Of a DNA stretch of 64,000 bases, positions 10,842-21,941 are shown piece after piece. A program made the translations under genes and the position numbers. Positions within the stretch are counted from its first letter, which is position 1. Every line of letters starts with the position of its first letter. The stretch is taken from sequence record SRR20825019_638; one strand, written 5' to 3'. Below the pieces are notes generated by a model. It worked only from the letters and a program-made list of their open reading frames with translations, was not told where the DNA came from and did no database searches.

Positions 10842-12638
10842 ATGAACATCCCTTTGAGACGTCTTTTAATTCTTATACTATTGCTTTCCAGTTTTATTGG
10901 AGCGGCACAAGAAGATTTCTTGGCCAAACAATACTTTCAGGATGGTGATTACGAGAAAGCATTGGTGTTCTACGAAAAATTAGTGGAGACCAATCCAAGA
11001 CGCACGGATTATGCCGAGGGTCTCGTCGCCTGCTATCAGCAATTGGAACGTTACGATGATGCCGAGACGTTTTTACTTCAAAAAATAGAGGACAGCTACA
11101 CTTTTCCAACCTTTTACATTGAGCTTGGTTACAATTTCACCTTAAAAAATGAAGAGGAAAAGGCAAATGCCTATTATGATAAGGCCATCAGCAAAATAGA
11201 GGACAATCCTAATTATGGCTATAGTGTTGGGTACCGATTCCAGAAATATGCCTTGTTGGACTATGCCATTCAAGCCTATAGCAAGGCGATGGAACTAAAG
11301 CCGGACCTTAACTACGATTTTCAGTTGGCGCGCATTTATGGCGAACAGGGCGATATCGCAAAAATGTATCAATCCTATCTCAATCTAATTTGGGAGGGAC
11401 GTACCTCACGTGCCAATGTGCTACGAAATATCGATGATTTCATCTCCGAGGACCCATCCAACGAAAACAATGTGCTGTTGCGGAAGGTACTGCTTCAAAA
11501 TGCGCAAAAAGCACCTGACATTCTTTGGAACGAACTGTTAAGTTGGCTTTTTATCCAGCAAAAACAGTACAATAGTGCTTTCAGTCAAGAAAAGGCCATT
11601 TTTAAAAGAAGCGAGGGTCAATCCGTTGACCGACTGGAAAACTTGGGAAGCATAGCTTTGGAAGATAAGGACTGGGAAACCGCCACCGAGATTTACGAAT
11701 ATATTGTGGACAACACCGAAAATCCCAGAACTCGACTCAATGCAGAACTCAATTTGATTGACATTGCGTTGGAAAACCCAACCGAAAAGGTTTTGGAAGA
11801 TGTGGAAAAACAATTTGAAGACTTGGTGGAAACATACGGTAACCAAAGTCAAACCCTACAACTTCAGATAGCCTATGCCAATTTCCTGACCTTTAAAAAA
11901 GAAGAGCCTGAGCCCGCTATTGCGATGCTCAAGGAAAGCTTGGAACTCCCCATGGGACGGATGACCATGGCCTACGTAAAATTGGCGCTTGGGGATATCT
12001 TGGTGTTCGACCAAAGGTTCAATGAGGCCTTGATTCTTTTTACACAGGTACAAAAAAGCGTTAAAAACGATGTACTTGGCCAAGATGCCCGGTTCAAAGT
12101 GGCACAGACCAGTTTTTATAAAGGTGATTTTGACTGGGCCCTCACGCAACTTAAGGTGTTGCGCAGCTCAACCTCTCAACTCATTGCCAACGATGCCATG
12201 CAATTAAGTTTGCTGATTTCGGACAATTCATTGGAAGATTCCACACAAACCGCATTGAAAAAGTATGCCAGAGCGGATTTGCTGGCCTATCAAAATAAGA
12301 ATACCGAAGCCATTGAGGTGCTAGAGGATATTTTACAAAATCATAAAGGGGAAAAAATCGAGGACGAGGCCTTGCTAAAACAAGCGGAACTCCTCGTTGA
12401 ACAGAAAAACTATGAAAGTGCGGAGTTCAACTATCAGAAAATAGTAGAGTTTTATGGGGATGGCATTCTAGCCGACGATGCCCATTTTGCCTTGGGCGAA
12501 CTGTACGAGAACATCTTGAACGAACCCGAAAAGGCAAAAAGCCATTACGAGAAAATCATCTACAACTATCAGGACAGTTACTATTTTCCCCAAGCCCGTA
12601 AGAATTTTAGAAGGTTACGAGGTGATGCAATCAATTAA
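10842..12638 (+). CDS. tetratricopeptide repeat protein with signal peptide
   Basis: Hydrophobic N-terminus; many TPR-like helical repeats (GDYEKALVFYEK, ALGELYE). Confidence 0.85.
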   Translation: MNIPLRRLLILILLLSSFIGAAQEDFLAKQYFQDGDYEKALVFYEKLVETNPRRTDYAEGLVACYQQLERYDDAETFLLQKIEDSYTFPTFYIELGYNFTLKNEEEKANAYYDKAISKIEDNPNYGYSVGYRFQKYALLDYAIQAYSKAMELKPDLNYDFQLARIYGEQGDIAKMYQSYLNLIWEGRTSRANVLRNIDDFISEDPSNENNVLLRKVLLQNAQKAPDILWNELLSWLFIQQKQYNSAFSQEKAIFKRSEGQSVDRLENLGSIALEDKDWETATEIYEYIVDNTENPRTRLNAELNLIDIALENPTEKVLEDVEKQFEDLVETYGNQSQTLQLQIAYANFLTFKKEEPEPAIAMLKESLELPMGRMTMAYVKLALGDILVFDQRFNEALILFTQVQKSVKNDVLGQDARFKVAQTSFYKGDFDWALTQLKVLRSSTSQLIANDAMQLSLLISDNSLEDSTQTALKKYARADLLAYQNKNTEAIEVLEDILQNHKGEKIEDEALLKQAELLVEQKNYESAEFNYQKIVEFYGDGILADDAHFALGELYENILNEPEKAKSHYEKIIYNYQDSYYFPQARKNFRRLRGDAIN

Positions 12639-12668
12639 TTTTACCCTCAAAGAAAACAGAAGAAGCAA

Positions 12669-12986
12669 ATGCTGATATACAACGTTACCATCAATATAGA
12701 TGAAAGTGTCCATGACCAATGGTTGGACTGGATGAAGGACAAGCACATCCCCGATATGCTGGCCACGGGAAAATTTTCACACGCCAAAATGGTTAAGGTA
12801 TTGGTAGAGGAAGATATGGGTGGAATCACCTATTCCATACAATACACCACCCAGAGCAGGGACACCTTGGAAGCCTATTACAAAGATGATGCGGAACATT
12901 TACGTGCCCAAGCACAGCGAATGTTTCCCAACAAATTCGTAGCCTTTAGAACCGAACTGGAAGTCATCAGTCAACAAATACCTTAA
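12669..12986 (+). CDS. DUF4286 family protein
   Basis: IYNVT..WL.WMK..HIP..LATG.F pattern; ends F.AFRTELEV. Confidence 0.85.
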   Translation: MLIYNVTINIDESVHDQWLDWMKDKHIPDMLATGKFSHAKMVKVLVEEDMGGITYSIQYTTQSRDTLEAYYKDDAEHLRAQAQRMFPNKFVAFRTELEVISQQIP

Positions 12987-12991
12987 CCATT

Positions 12992-13300
12992 TTGGAATAT
13001 TTATTTTCCTACGGAACACTCCAGGACCATCAAGTACAACACTATATTTTTGGCCGTTTGCTCAAGGGAAAAACCGATTCCGTTTTAGGTTTTAAAAAAT
13101 TGGAAAATGCCATTTATGGGCGTTACCCGTTGGTCATCAACACCAACGATCCAACGGATAAAGTTGAAGGTGTAGCCTACGAAGTGAATGACATAGACCT
13201 AAAAAAGGCGGATATTTATGAAACCAGTGCGTACAAACGCCAAAAATTTCCTTTGGAATCTGGGGATGAAGCTTGGATCTATATCGAAAATTCCAACTAA
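12992..13300 (+). CDS. gamma-glutamylcyclotransferase (AIG2-like) family protein
   Basis: LFSYGTL, D.YE, AWIY motifs. Confidence 0.85.
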   Translation: MEYLFSYGTLQDHQVQHYIFGRLLKGKTDSVLGFKKLENAIYGRYPLVINTNDPTDKVEGVAYEVNDIDLKKADIYETSAYKRQKFPLESGDEAWIYIENSN

Positions 13301-13318
13301 CTTGCAAAAAAACCGGCC

Positions 13319-14191
13319 GTGTCCAAAAAGAAAAACAAGAAGTACTCCAATGGCGCCCCACACAAGAACAAATATGTGCAGGAAGATGGTGCCGTAAAGG
13401 CAAAAAAGCATTTGGGCCAGCATTTTCTTAAAGATGAAACCGTAGCTGAAAAAATTGCCCAGACCTTATCGCTGAAAGGATACAAAAATGTTCTCGAAAT
13501 CGGGCCTGGAATGGGGGTGCTCACCAAATATCTTTTGCAGCGCGATTTGGATTTGGTGGCAATGGACTTGGATGACGAATCCATCGTGTACCTCAACCAC
13601 AGCTTTCCCTTGGAACACGCTGCAATTTTGAAACAAAATAATCGCTTGAATGTCATTGAGGCCGATTTCCTCAAGTTTGATCTTACCGATCTGTATGGGG
13701 AGGAACAATTTGCGATTATAGGTAACTTTCCCTATAACATATCCAGCCAGATTGTATTTAAAATGCTGGAAATCCGGAAACAGGTACCCGAATTTTCGGG
13801 AATGTTCCAAAAAGAAGTGGCCAAACGTATTTGCGAAGGACCAGGGAACAAAACCTACGGAATCCTGTCCGTTTTGGTCCAAGCGTATTATGATGCGGAA
13901 TATTTGTTCACGGTGCCACCCGGAGTTTTTGATCCTCCACCAAAGGTGGATTCCGGTGTGCTCCGATTGACCCGTAAAAAAGAACTCAAACTTCCTTGCG
14001 ATGAACGTCTTTTCTTTAAAGTGGTGAAATCATCGTTTAACCAAAGACGAAAAACTATTCGTAACAGTCTTAAAACCTTCAACCTTTCCGATAATCTAAA
14101 AGAAGATGCTATCTTTGACCAACGTCCGGAACAGCTAAGCGTAGCTGATTTTGTAACCTTGACACAGAAGATAGCCGATGACTCCGTTTAA
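13319..14191 (+). CDS. rsmA: 16S rRNA m6,2A dimethyltransferase
   Basis: [44 protein letters not shown]. Confidence 0.97.
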   Translation: MSKKKNKKYSNGAPHKNKYVQEDGAVKAKKHLGQHFLKDETVAEKIAQTLSLKGYKNVLEIGPGMGVLTKYLLQRDLDLVAMDLDDESIVYLNHSFPLEHAAILKQNNRLNVIEADFLKFDLTDLYGEEQFAIIGNFPYNISSQIVFKMLEIRKQVPEFSGMFQKEVAKRICEGPGNKTYGILSVLVQAYYDAEYLFTVPPGVFDPPPKVDSGVLRLTRKKELKLPCDERLFFKVVKSSFNQRRKTIRNSLKTFNLSDNLKEDAIFDQRPEQLSVADFVTLTQKIADDSV

Positions 14192-15530
14192 ACTCACAGA
14201 CGAACTTTTAGAAGAGATCAGGGAACTGATCGCCGAGAACAAGGACGCCGAACTTCAATTAATGATGAAGGAGTTCCACTATGCCGATATTGCGGAAATA
14301 GCGGACGAAATGGAAGTCGAGGAAGCCACTTATCTGATCAAGCTACTTGACAGTGAAAAAACCTCGGACATTCTTGCAGAAATGCACGAGGATATTCGTG
14401 AGGCCGTACTTAAAAACCTTACGGCCAAGGAAATCGCAGGAGAGCTTTCGGAACTGGACACGGACGATGCCGCGGATATCATCAACGAACTTCCAAAAGA
14501 ACTCGTTCAAGAAGTAATCTCGGAAATTGAAGATCGCGAGCACGCCAAGGACATCGTGGACCTTTTGCGCTACGAGGAAGATTCTGCGGGTGGTCTTATG
14601 GCAAAGGAATTGGTAAAGGTAAACGAGAATTGGACAGTTACCAATTGTGTAAAGGAAATGCGGGCCCAAGCAGAAAATGTGACCAGGGTACATTCCATAT
14701 ATGTCGTAGATGAAGAAGGCAAACTAAAGGGACGTCTTTCCCTAAAAGATTTACTTACGGCATCCGCCAAAAGTCATATCAAGGACATTTATATTCCCAA
14801 GGTCGATTCCGTAAATGTCAACGAAAAAGGGGAAGAAGTGGCCAGGATCATGTCCAAGTACGATTTGGAGGCCATTCCTGTAATAGACGAAATAGGACGC
14901 TTGGTGGGCCGTATCACCATTGATGATATTGTAGATGTGATTCGTGAAGAGGCCGACAAGGATTATCAAATGGCAGCAGGTATCTCTCAGGATGTAGAAG
15001 TAAATGATAGCATCTGGATACTCACGCGCGCCCGGTTACCTTGGTTGATTTTAGGCCTATTGGGCGGTTTGAGTGCAGCGGCCATTATGGGAACCTTTGA
15101 AGATATGATCTCCAAGCACGCGGTGTTGTTCTTTTTTACCCCATTGATTGCGGCTATGGCGGGAAATGTCGGGGTGCAATCGAGTGCCATTGTAGTGCAA
15201 GGTCTTGCCAACGACGACCTCAAAGGAAGTGTTGGAAACCATTTGCTGAAAGAAATGTTATTGGCACTGCTTAACGGACTTATTTTGGCGCTGCTGTTAT
15301 TGCTCTTTACTTGGATATGGAAAGGATCTTTTGCAACCGCATTGGCCATTTCGTTATCTTTAGTGGTCGTGATCGTGGTCGCTGGCCTGATAGGGACCTT
15401 TATCCCCATGTTCCTTCACAAAAGAAACATTGACCCGGCTATCGCCACAGGCCCCTTTATCACCACCAGCAACGATATTTTTGGGATCCTGATCTATTTT
15501 TGGATAGCCAAGATGATTTTGGGTATATAA
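14178..15530 (+). CDS. mgtE: magnesium transporter MgtE
   Basis: Acidic N-domain, CBS pair, [28 protein letters not shown]. Confidence 0.96.
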   Translation: MTPFKLTDELLEEIRELIAENKDAELQLMMKEFHYADIAEIADEMEVEEATYLIKLLDSEKTSDILAEMHEDIREAVLKNLTAKEIAGELSELDTDDAADIINELPKELVQEVISEIEDREHAKDIVDLLRYEEDSAGGLMAKELVKVNENWTVTNCVKEMRAQAENVTRVHSIYVVDEEGKLKGRLSLKDLLTASAKSHIKDIYIPKVDSVNVNEKGEEVARIMSKYDLEAIPVIDEIGRLVGRITIDDIVDVIREEADKDYQMAAGISQDVEVNDSIWILTRARLPWLILGLLGGLSAAAIMGTFEDMISKHAVLFFFTPLIAAMAGNVGVQSSAIVVQGLANDDLKGSVGNHLLKEMLLALLNGLILALLLLLFTWIWKGSFATALAISLSLVVVIVVAGLIGTFIPMFLHKRNIDPAIATGPFITTSNDIFGILIYFWIAKMILGI

Positions 15531-15538
15531 TTAAAGCT

Positions 15539-15904
15539 ATGAAATCCATCAACCTAAAAGAGAAACACGCCGAGTTTACCAAACAATGGCATCCGCATCA
15601 AATTGCCATTGTTGATGATATGCAGGTACTTTTGGCCAAACTACAAGGAGAATTTGTCTGGCACGCCCACGAGAATGAAGATGAACTGTTCCATGTCATC
15701 AAAGGGACGCTCTACATGCAATTTCGTGACCGGACAGAGGTCGTAAACGAAGGTGAGATCATTGTAGTGCCCAAAGGCGTAGAGCATAACCCTATGACCA
15801 AAAATGACGAAGAGGTACATGTGCTTCTTTTTGAAAAAATGAGTACGGCCCACACGGGAAAGGTGCTCCACGAAAAGACACAAACCCACTATCCAAAAAT
15901 CTAG
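15539..15904 (+). CDS. cupin domain protein
   Basis: GEFVWHAHENEDELF and VVPKGVEHNP cupin motifs. Confidence 0.9.
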   Translation: MKSINLKEKHAEFTKQWHPHQIAIVDDMQVLLAKLQGEFVWHAHENEDELFHVIKGTLYMQFRDRTEVVNEGEIIVVPKGVEHNPMTKNDEEVHVLLFEKMSTAHTGKVLHEKTQTHYPKI

Positions 15905-15923
15905 GAGTTGTATATTTGCCCCC

Positions 15924-16856
15924 ATGAAAGTTCTCCACTTAGACACCAATCACCCATTGCTCATTGAACAATTTGCCGAGCTCGGGTTCGAAAATCACGA
16001 AGATTACACATCCACCAAAGAGGAAGTAGAAAAGAAAATCCACGAGTACGATGGAATCATTATCCGAAGCAGATTTACCATAGACCGACAATTTTTGGAA
16101 AAGGCCACCAATCTTAAATTTATAGGAAGAGTGGGCGCGGGCTTGGAGAATATTGACACGGACTACGCCAAATACAAAAATATATTCATGGCATCTGCCC
16201 CCGAGGGCAACAGAAATGCTGTGGGAGAACACGCTTTGGGCATGTTGCTTTCCTTAATGAACCACATGGGCAGGGCCGACCGTCAAGTGCGAAAAGGCAA
16301 ATGGAAACGCGAACCGAACAGGGGCGTTGAACTGGATGGTAAAACTGTCGGAATCATAGGCTACGGAAATATGGGCAAGGCTTTTGCCAAAAAACTACGT
16401 GGTTTTGATGTAGAGGTCATCTGTTACGATATTGTTGGTGGTGTAGGTGATGAAAATGCACGCCAGGTAGGAATTATGGAATTTCAACAGCGCTCCGATG
16501 TTATTAGCTTACACGTTCCACAGACTGAGAAGACCATCGGCATGGTAAATTCTGAATTTATTGAAAAAATCCATAAGCCGTTTTGGTTATTGAACACTGC
16601 ACGCGGAAAATGCGTGGTGACCAAAGACCTTGTAGAAGCCCTTAAATCTGGAAAAGTGCTCGGTGCCGGACTGGATGTTCTGGAATATGAACAAAAGTCC
16701 TTCGAAAATATGTTCGCCAAAAAACCTAAGGCGTTTAAATTTTTACGAAAAGCAAAGAACGTTCTGCTCACCCCACACATAGCTGGCTGGACCGTGGAGA
16801 GCAAAGAGAAATTGGCTCAGACAATTGTTGACAAAGTCAAAGAAAGATTTTGTTAA
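15924..16856 (+). CDS. D-isomer-specific 2-hydroxyacid dehydrogenase (phosphoglycerate dehydrogenase-like)
   Basis: GAGLENID, GIIGYGNMG, NTARG, LDVLEYE, TPHIAG. Confidence 0.92.
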   Translation: MKVLHLDTNHPLLIEQFAELGFENHEDYTSTKEEVEKKIHEYDGIIIRSRFTIDRQFLEKATNLKFIGRVGAGLENIDTDYAKYKNIFMASAPEGNRNAVGEHALGMLLSLMNHMGRADRQVRKGKWKREPNRGVELDGKTVGIIGYGNMGKAFAKKLRGFDVEVICYDIVGGVGDENARQVGIMEFQQRSDVISLHVPQTEKTIGMVNSEFIEKIHKPFWLLNTARGKCVVTKDLVEALKSGKVLGAGLDVLEYEQKSFENMFAKKPKAFKFLRKAKNVLLTPHIAGWTVESKEKLAQTIVDKVKERFC

Positions 16857-16912
16857 CTTTATAAACCATCCAATAGCTTTTGGCTCTGGTAGTTTTTTAA
16901 ATTTTACCAGAT

Positions 16913-17371
16913 ATGCCGATTGAAGCCAAATCACTGGACGAATACATAGCAAAGCTTCCCATTGAACGACAGGAGGCAGTTTCCAAACTTCGGGACTCCG
17001 TAAAACAGAATTTGCCCACCGGATTTGAGGAATGCATCAACTATGGGATGATCGGATTCGTTGTTCCGCACTCCATGTATCCGGATGGATATCATGTTGA
17101 CCCCACCTTGCCCCTCCCTTTCATAAATATTGCCTCACAGAAAAACTTTGTGGCCCTTTATCATTCAGGAATCTATGCCGACCCAAATGTGCACGAATGG
17201 TTTGTGAGCGAATATCCCAAACACGTAAAAACAAAATTGGATATGGGGAAAAGCTGTATCCGCTTTAAGAACATCAATACAATTCCTTATCAGCTTATAG
17301 CCGCTCTTTGTCAAAAAATAACTCCCCAAGAGTGGATTGCACTGTATGAAAAAAACACTAAAAAACCATGA
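16913..17371 (+). CDS. DUF1801 domain protein
   Basis: E.INYGMI, ASQKNFVALY, DMGKSCIRF. Confidence 0.88.
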   Translation: MPIEAKSLDEYIAKLPIERQEAVSKLRDSVKQNLPTGFEECINYGMIGFVVPHSMYPDGYHVDPTLPLPFINIASQKNFVALYHSGIYADPNVHEWFVSEYPKHVKTKLDMGKSCIRFKNINTIPYQLIAALCQKITPQEWIALYEKNTKKP

Positions 17372-17754
17372 AAAACAGAGTTACAGGATTAGGAGGGTTT
17401 TTCTTTAAAAGCAAGGACCCCAACCACATAAAAGAATGGTATAAAAATCATTTGGGATTGAACACCGACGCATATGGCTGTACCTTTTGGTGGAAGGACA
17501 AAGATGGCAACGATTGTTCCACCCAGTGGAGCCCCATGGATGAAAAGACCGAATACTTTAAACCGAGCGAGAAACAGTTCATGATGAACTTTAGAGTGGA
17601 AAATTTGGTAAAACTGCTTGAGGTCCTGAAAAAAGAAGGGGTCACGGTGGTAGGGGAAATCGAGGAGTACGAATACGGAAAATTTGGTTGGATATTGGAT
17701 CCTGAAGGAAACAAGTTGGAACTGTGGGAACCTGTTGATAAAGCATTTCTGTAG
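17368..17754 (+). CDS. VOC (glyoxalase/bleomycin resistance) family protein
   Basis: VTGLGGFFF, MMNFRV, YGKFGWILDPEGNKLELWEP. Confidence 0.92.
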   Translation: MKNRVTGLGGFFFKSKDPNHIKEWYKNHLGLNTDAYGCTFWWKDKDGNDCSTQWSPMDEKTEYFKPSEKQFMMNFRVENLVKLLEVLKKEGVTVVGEIEEYEYGKFGWILDPEGNKLELWEPVDKAFL

Positions 17755-17807
17755 CTATTGAATTATTTGCTACATTTAACCTTCATTAACCAACACATTA
17801 AATAAAC

Positions 17808-18194
17808 ATGTCAGAAGAAAAAAAAGACTTTGGAGACAGGGCCGAAGAAGCTGCTAAAGATTTCAAGGAAGATGTAAACAAAGCATTTGACCCTGCAAAT
17901 CCTGAAAGTGGAAAAACAGTGGCCATTATTGCCCACTTAACTTTTATTGGGTGGATTATTGCGATTATAATGAACAGTAGTAACAAAACGGAAATTGGTT
18001 CCTTTTACATAAGGCAAACGCTAGGTATTTTCCTTCTCCTAATTGTGACCTCTTTTATTCCTTTCGTAAACCTTATCGGATGGTTATTGGGTGTAGTTCT
18101 TTGGATCGTTAGTTTGATTGGTTCCATTAACGCCAGCCATAAACCCGTATTCTTGGTAGGAGAATATTTTCAAGATTGGTTCAAAAGCTTATAA
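17808..18194 (+). CDS. small membrane protein (DUF4870-like)
   Basis: Charged N-terminus, then GKTVAIIAHLTFIGWIIA, FYIRQTLG and three TM helices. Confidence 0.7.
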   Translation: MSEEKKDFGDRAEEAAKDFKEDVNKAFDPANPESGKTVAIIAHLTFIGWIIAIIMNSSNKTEIGSFYIRQTLGIFLLLIVTSFIPFVNLIGWLLGVVLWIVSLIGSINASHKPVFLVGEYFQDWFKSL

Positions 18195-18203
18195 TAACTT
18201 TTT

Positions 18204-18230
18204 AAAAGCCGGACATGATCCGGCTTTTTT
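18204..18230 (+). terminator. intrinsic terminator
   Basis: AAAAGCCGGA-CATGA-TCCGGCTTTTTT. Confidence 0.85.
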
Positions 18231-18275
18231 CAATATTTGTTCATCGTAATATTACAATAAATACCGAAATAAAAT

Positions 18276-18767
18276 ATGGTTATCAGAAGTATGGCTCCCT
18301 CGGATTGGGAGCATGTTTCCAGAATATATCTTGAAGGTATTTCTACAGGATTTGCCACTTTCGAGACCCAAGCTCCCAAGTATCAAGATTGGGACAGGGC
18401 CCACACCAAGGAATGCCGCTTGATCGCTGAAAACGAGGGTGAAATTTTGGGATGGGCGGCACTTTCCCCCGTATCCAGTCGTTGTGTGTATGGCGGGGTC
18501 GGTGAGGTTAGCGTTTACATTTCGGACAAAAGTCGCGGAAAGGGCGTTGGAAAATTGTTGATGCAACACTTGATCGAAGAAAGTGAAAAAGCAGGTTATT
18601 GGACCATACAGTCGGGCATATTTCCCGAGAACCTGGCAAGCATCAAACTGCATGAAAAAGTAGGATTCCGATATATTGGCAAACGCGAACGTGTTGGTAA
18701 GATCCACGGGGTTTGGAAAGACAACCTCCTTTTTGAAAAACGCAGCCCTAAGGTCGGAACGGATTAG
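18276..18767 (+). CDS. GNAT N-acetyltransferase (phosphinothricin acetyltransferase-like)
   Basis: ATFET, EVSVY, RGKGVG, N.ASIKLHEKVGF. Confidence 0.9.
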   Translation: MVIRSMAPSDWEHVSRIYLEGISTGFATFETQAPKYQDWDRAHTKECRLIAENEGEILGWAALSPVSSRCVYGGVGEVSVYISDKSRGKGVGKLLMQHLIEESEKAGYWTIQSGIFPENLASIKLHEKVGFRYIGKRERVGKIHGVWKDNLLFEKRSPKVGTD

Positions 18768-20584
18768 TCCTCCTCAATAGTTCCATTGCCTTCGGCCACC
18801 TTACGTTCCAGCTCTGCTTGGAACTCCTCCATAACGGGCTTTACCGTACTTTCCGGAAGGTCTGCGATACGGATGTACATTAAACCGTCCACCGAATTAT
18901 TGAACAAGGGGTCTACATTGAAAGCCACCACCTTAGCATTTTGTTTGATGTATTTTTTAATCAAAACCGGCAAACGAAGACTTCCCGGTTCCACTTCGCT
19001 GATCAATTTATCGAACTTGTTCAGATCAGCCTGCGTCTCGTCAAATACAAATTCCTTGTCGGCATCCTTCAACTTTACCTTGAATTCTTTTTTAGGCCGA
19101 ATATATTGTGCCACGTAGGGGTCCCAATAATTGGATTTCATAAACTCGATCATCAACGATTTGGAGAAATTGGAAAATTGGTTGCTGATACTCACTCCGC
19201 CAATCAAATATCGGTGCTCTGGATGCCTTAATGTCGTATGCACAATGCCCTTCCAAAGCAAGAAAAGGGGCATTGGTTTTTGCTGATACTCCTTTATGAT
19301 ATAGGCACGGCCCATTTCGATGGATTTCTCCATCATGCCATACAGTTCGGGTTCAAAACGGAAAAGGTCCTGAAGGTAAAAACCATCGATACCGTATTTG
19401 TTGAATATTTCCGACCCCAATCCCATTCGGTAGGCACCGACTATGGCCTTGGAATCATCGTCCCATAAGAACAAATGATGGTAATAAGAATCAAACTTAT
19501 CAAGGTCGATGGCGTTGTTTGTCCCCTCCCCCACTTCACGGAATGTTACCTCTCGCTGGCGGCCGATTTCATTTAGGCAAAAGGGCATATCCTTGGCCTG
19601 TGCAAGGAATACCTCGTAGTTTTTACTCTGCAGCATACGGCAATCCTTTTCCCTCAGCTTTTCAATCTCACCTTCCAGCACCTTTGCACTAATCGCAGTG
19701 GCTATTTTCTTGGGCGGTTTTGGAATTTTTAGAGAAGTGGGCACCTTATCGATAAAACGCTCTTTTTCAAAAGCATTGGCCAGCAAATAGGTCTTTTTCC
19801 GGAGCAGTTCCGCAAAACCTTCCAAAGTTTCCTCCTCGTTCTGTGTGTTCACGGAGATAGGCTGACCTATCCTTACCTTGATCGGACGTCGACTCTGAGA
19901 GGTAAGCTCAGAAGGCAATTTTGCCGTTCGGAACACATCGTCGATTTTTGACAATCGATAAAACAAGCGGCTATTTTTGGCATGAAAATAAATGGGCACT
20001 ACAGGCACCTCGGCCTTTCGTATCAATTTTATCGCCGCTTCTTCCCAAGGCCGGTCCACAACCAATCTTCCATCTCGGTAAGTAGACACCTCCCCAGCAG
20101 GAAAAATCCCCAAGGGATGACCGTCCCGGAGGTGCTTTAGCGCATTCTTGAAACCCACAATGCTACTCTTGGCGTCCTTGTGGTTTTCAAAAGGGTTCAC
20201 GGGCATAATATAGGGCTTCAAAGGCTCTATCCTGTGCAATAAAAAATTAGCGATTATTTTATAATCGGGTCGTTCGTTCAACAATAACTTGAGCAGCAAT
20301 ACGCCATCAATTCCTCCTAAGGGATGATTACTGATCGTAATGAAAGGACCAGATTTTGGCAAACGTTTGATATCCTCCTCGGGAATGTCAAAATCGATTT
20401 CGTAGTGATCTAAAATGGCATCCAGGAATTCTGGACCGGAAAGGTCTTTATTTTTATCGTAAAATCTATTGATGGTACTAATTCTGGTAGCCACCATTAA
20501 AAGCCATCCTACAAAAGTGCCCAAAAAGCCATATTTGTCCAGATGGATGACTTTCGCCACCTCTTTAGCAGAAACCAAGCCCAT
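18764..20584 (-). CDS. fused PlsC-like acyltransferase + GNAT N-acyltransferase (OlsF-like, candidate ornithine-lipid synthase)
   Basis: NHPLGGID (HxxxxD) and FPAGE in the N-half; GRQREVTFREVGEG, DLDKFD, GAYR, EMGR in the C-half. Confidence 0.8.
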   Translation of the reverse strand: MGLVSAKEVAKVIHLDKYGFLGTFVGWLLMVATRISTINRFYDKNKDLSGPEFLDAILDHYEIDFDIPEEDIKRLPKSGPFITISNHPLGGIDGVLLLKLLLNERPDYKIIANFLLHRIEPLKPYIMPVNPFENHKDAKSSIVGFKNALKHLRDGHPLGIFPAGEVSTYRDGRLVVDRPWEEAAIKLIRKAEVPVVPIYFHAKNSRLFYRLSKIDDVFRTAKLPSELTSQSRRPIKVRIGQPISVNTQNEEETLEGFAELLRKKTYLLANAFEKERFIDKVPTSLKIPKPPKKIATAISAKVLEGEIEKLREKDCRMLQSKNYEVFLAQAKDMPFCLNEIGRQREVTFREVGEGTNNAIDLDKFDSYYHHLFLWDDDSKAIVGAYRMGLGSEIFNKYGIDGFYLQDLFRFEPELYGMMEKSIEMGRAYIIKEYQQKPMPLFLLWKGIVHTTLRHPEHRYLIGGVSISNQFSNFSKSLMIEFMKSNYWDPYVAQYIRPKKEFKVKLKDADKEFVFDETQADLNKFDKLISEVEPGSLRLPVLIKKYIKQNAKVVAFNVDPLFNNSVDGLMYIRIADLPESTVKPVMEEFQAELERKVAEGNGTIEED

Positions 20585-20662
20585 AGAAAATGTATTTAGG
20601 TACGTGTAAAGATAGGAAATAAACCCTATAGCACTTTCTACCTAAATATTGGGCGGAAACCT

Positions 20663-21913
20663 TTATTTTACAACAAGTTGCACAGTTTCCTTGCCCCTTT
20701 GCTCCACTAAAACGGATTTCCCGTTTTGAAGCGATTTGACCGAATCATCATTAAAATGGCGAATGGTATAGAGGGAAACGTCCTCGTGGCAAACAACTTT
20801 AAATTTCCGCTTAAGCTCTTCCAATAAAGGTTGAAGCCCCCTGAACTTATTGTCCAAACAGACGGAAAAACTAATGGCGGAATTCTGGATCAAATCCACT
20901 TTAAGTCGATGGTCAGAAAATAGTTTGAAGATTTCGCTGATGTTATCCTCAACAATGAAGGAAAAGTCCAGAGAAGACAATTTTAGCAGGACTTGATTCT
21001 TCTTAACTATGAAGCAGGGAACTTTTGGTTCTATGCCATTTCCTTTTCCAACAGTGGTCCCTTTGTCCTTGGGATTCACAAACGATTTTACTTTCAAGGG
21101 AATTTCCTTGCGCTGTAAAGGCTGCAAGGTTTTAGGGTGAATTACCGAAGCTCCGTAAAACGCAAGTTCTATGGCTTCCCGATAAGAAATCTTGTCCAAC
21201 AATTGGGCATTCTCAAAGTTTCTGGGGTCCGCATTCAACACTCCCGGAACATCCTTCCAAATGGTGACCGATTCCGCATTGAGGCAATACGCCAAGATAG
21301 CCGCGGAGTAATCGGAACCTTCCCTGCCCAACGTAGTGGTAAAGTTGTTGTCGTCGCTTCCCAAAAAACCTTGGGTAATGTTCAATTTGGAAACATCTAC
21401 ACGAGACTGTACTTCTTGTTGGGTTCGTTCCCAATTTACTTGAGCATCCCTATTACTGTTGTCCGTCTTGATAAGCGTTCTCACATCCAACCATTCGTTG
21501 GCAATACCAATTTCGTTTAGGTAAGCACTTACTATGGTGGTCGACAATAATTCCCCGTAGCAAACCACTTGGTCGTAAACAAAAGCATACTTGGGCGATT
21601 TGTTCCAAGCCAAAAAACCCTTTACCTCTTCAAAAAGGACTTTCACCTTGGCGTAAACGGGATGACTCAGGTTTTGAAAAAGGTCGGACAGTATTCCATG
21701 GTGGTAATCCATAACTTCTTGAATGGAGGCATTCACCTGATCCCTATCGTTAAAATAAGATTCCACCACCTTTTCCATGGCATTGGTGGTCTTGCCCATG
21801 GCAGAAATGACCACTAGTGTATCGTTGTAACCTACCTCCCGTAAAACGTTCACTACATTTTTTACCGCATCCGCATCTTTGACCGATGCTCCTCCAAACT
21901 TAAATACCCTCAT
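20663..21913 (-). CDS. lysC: aspartate kinase
   Basis: KFGGASV, SAMGKTTN, TTLGREGSDYSA, WKDVPGVLNADP. Confidence 0.95.
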   Translation of the reverse strand: MRVFKFGGASVKDADAVKNVVNVLREVGYNDTLVVISAMGKTTNAMEKVVESYFNDRDQVNASIQEVMDYHHGILSDLFQNLSHPVYAKVKVLFEEVKGFLAWNKSPKYAFVYDQVVCYGELLSTTIVSAYLNEIGIANEWLDVRTLIKTDNSNRDAQVNWERTQQEVQSRVDVSKLNITQGFLGSDDNNFTTTLGREGSDYSAAILAYCLNAESVTIWKDVPGVLNADPRNFENAQLLDKISYREAIELAFYGASVIHPKTLQPLQRKEIPLKVKSFVNPKDKGTTVGKGNGIEPKVPCFIVKKNQVLLKLSSLDFSFIVEDNISEIFKLFSDHRLKVDLIQNSAISFSVCLDNKFRGLQPLLEELKRKFKVVCHEDVSLYTIRHFNDDSVKSLQNGKSVLVEQRGKETVQLVVK

Positions 21914-21941
21914 GTATTTTATATTCTGATATTTGGTCGGC

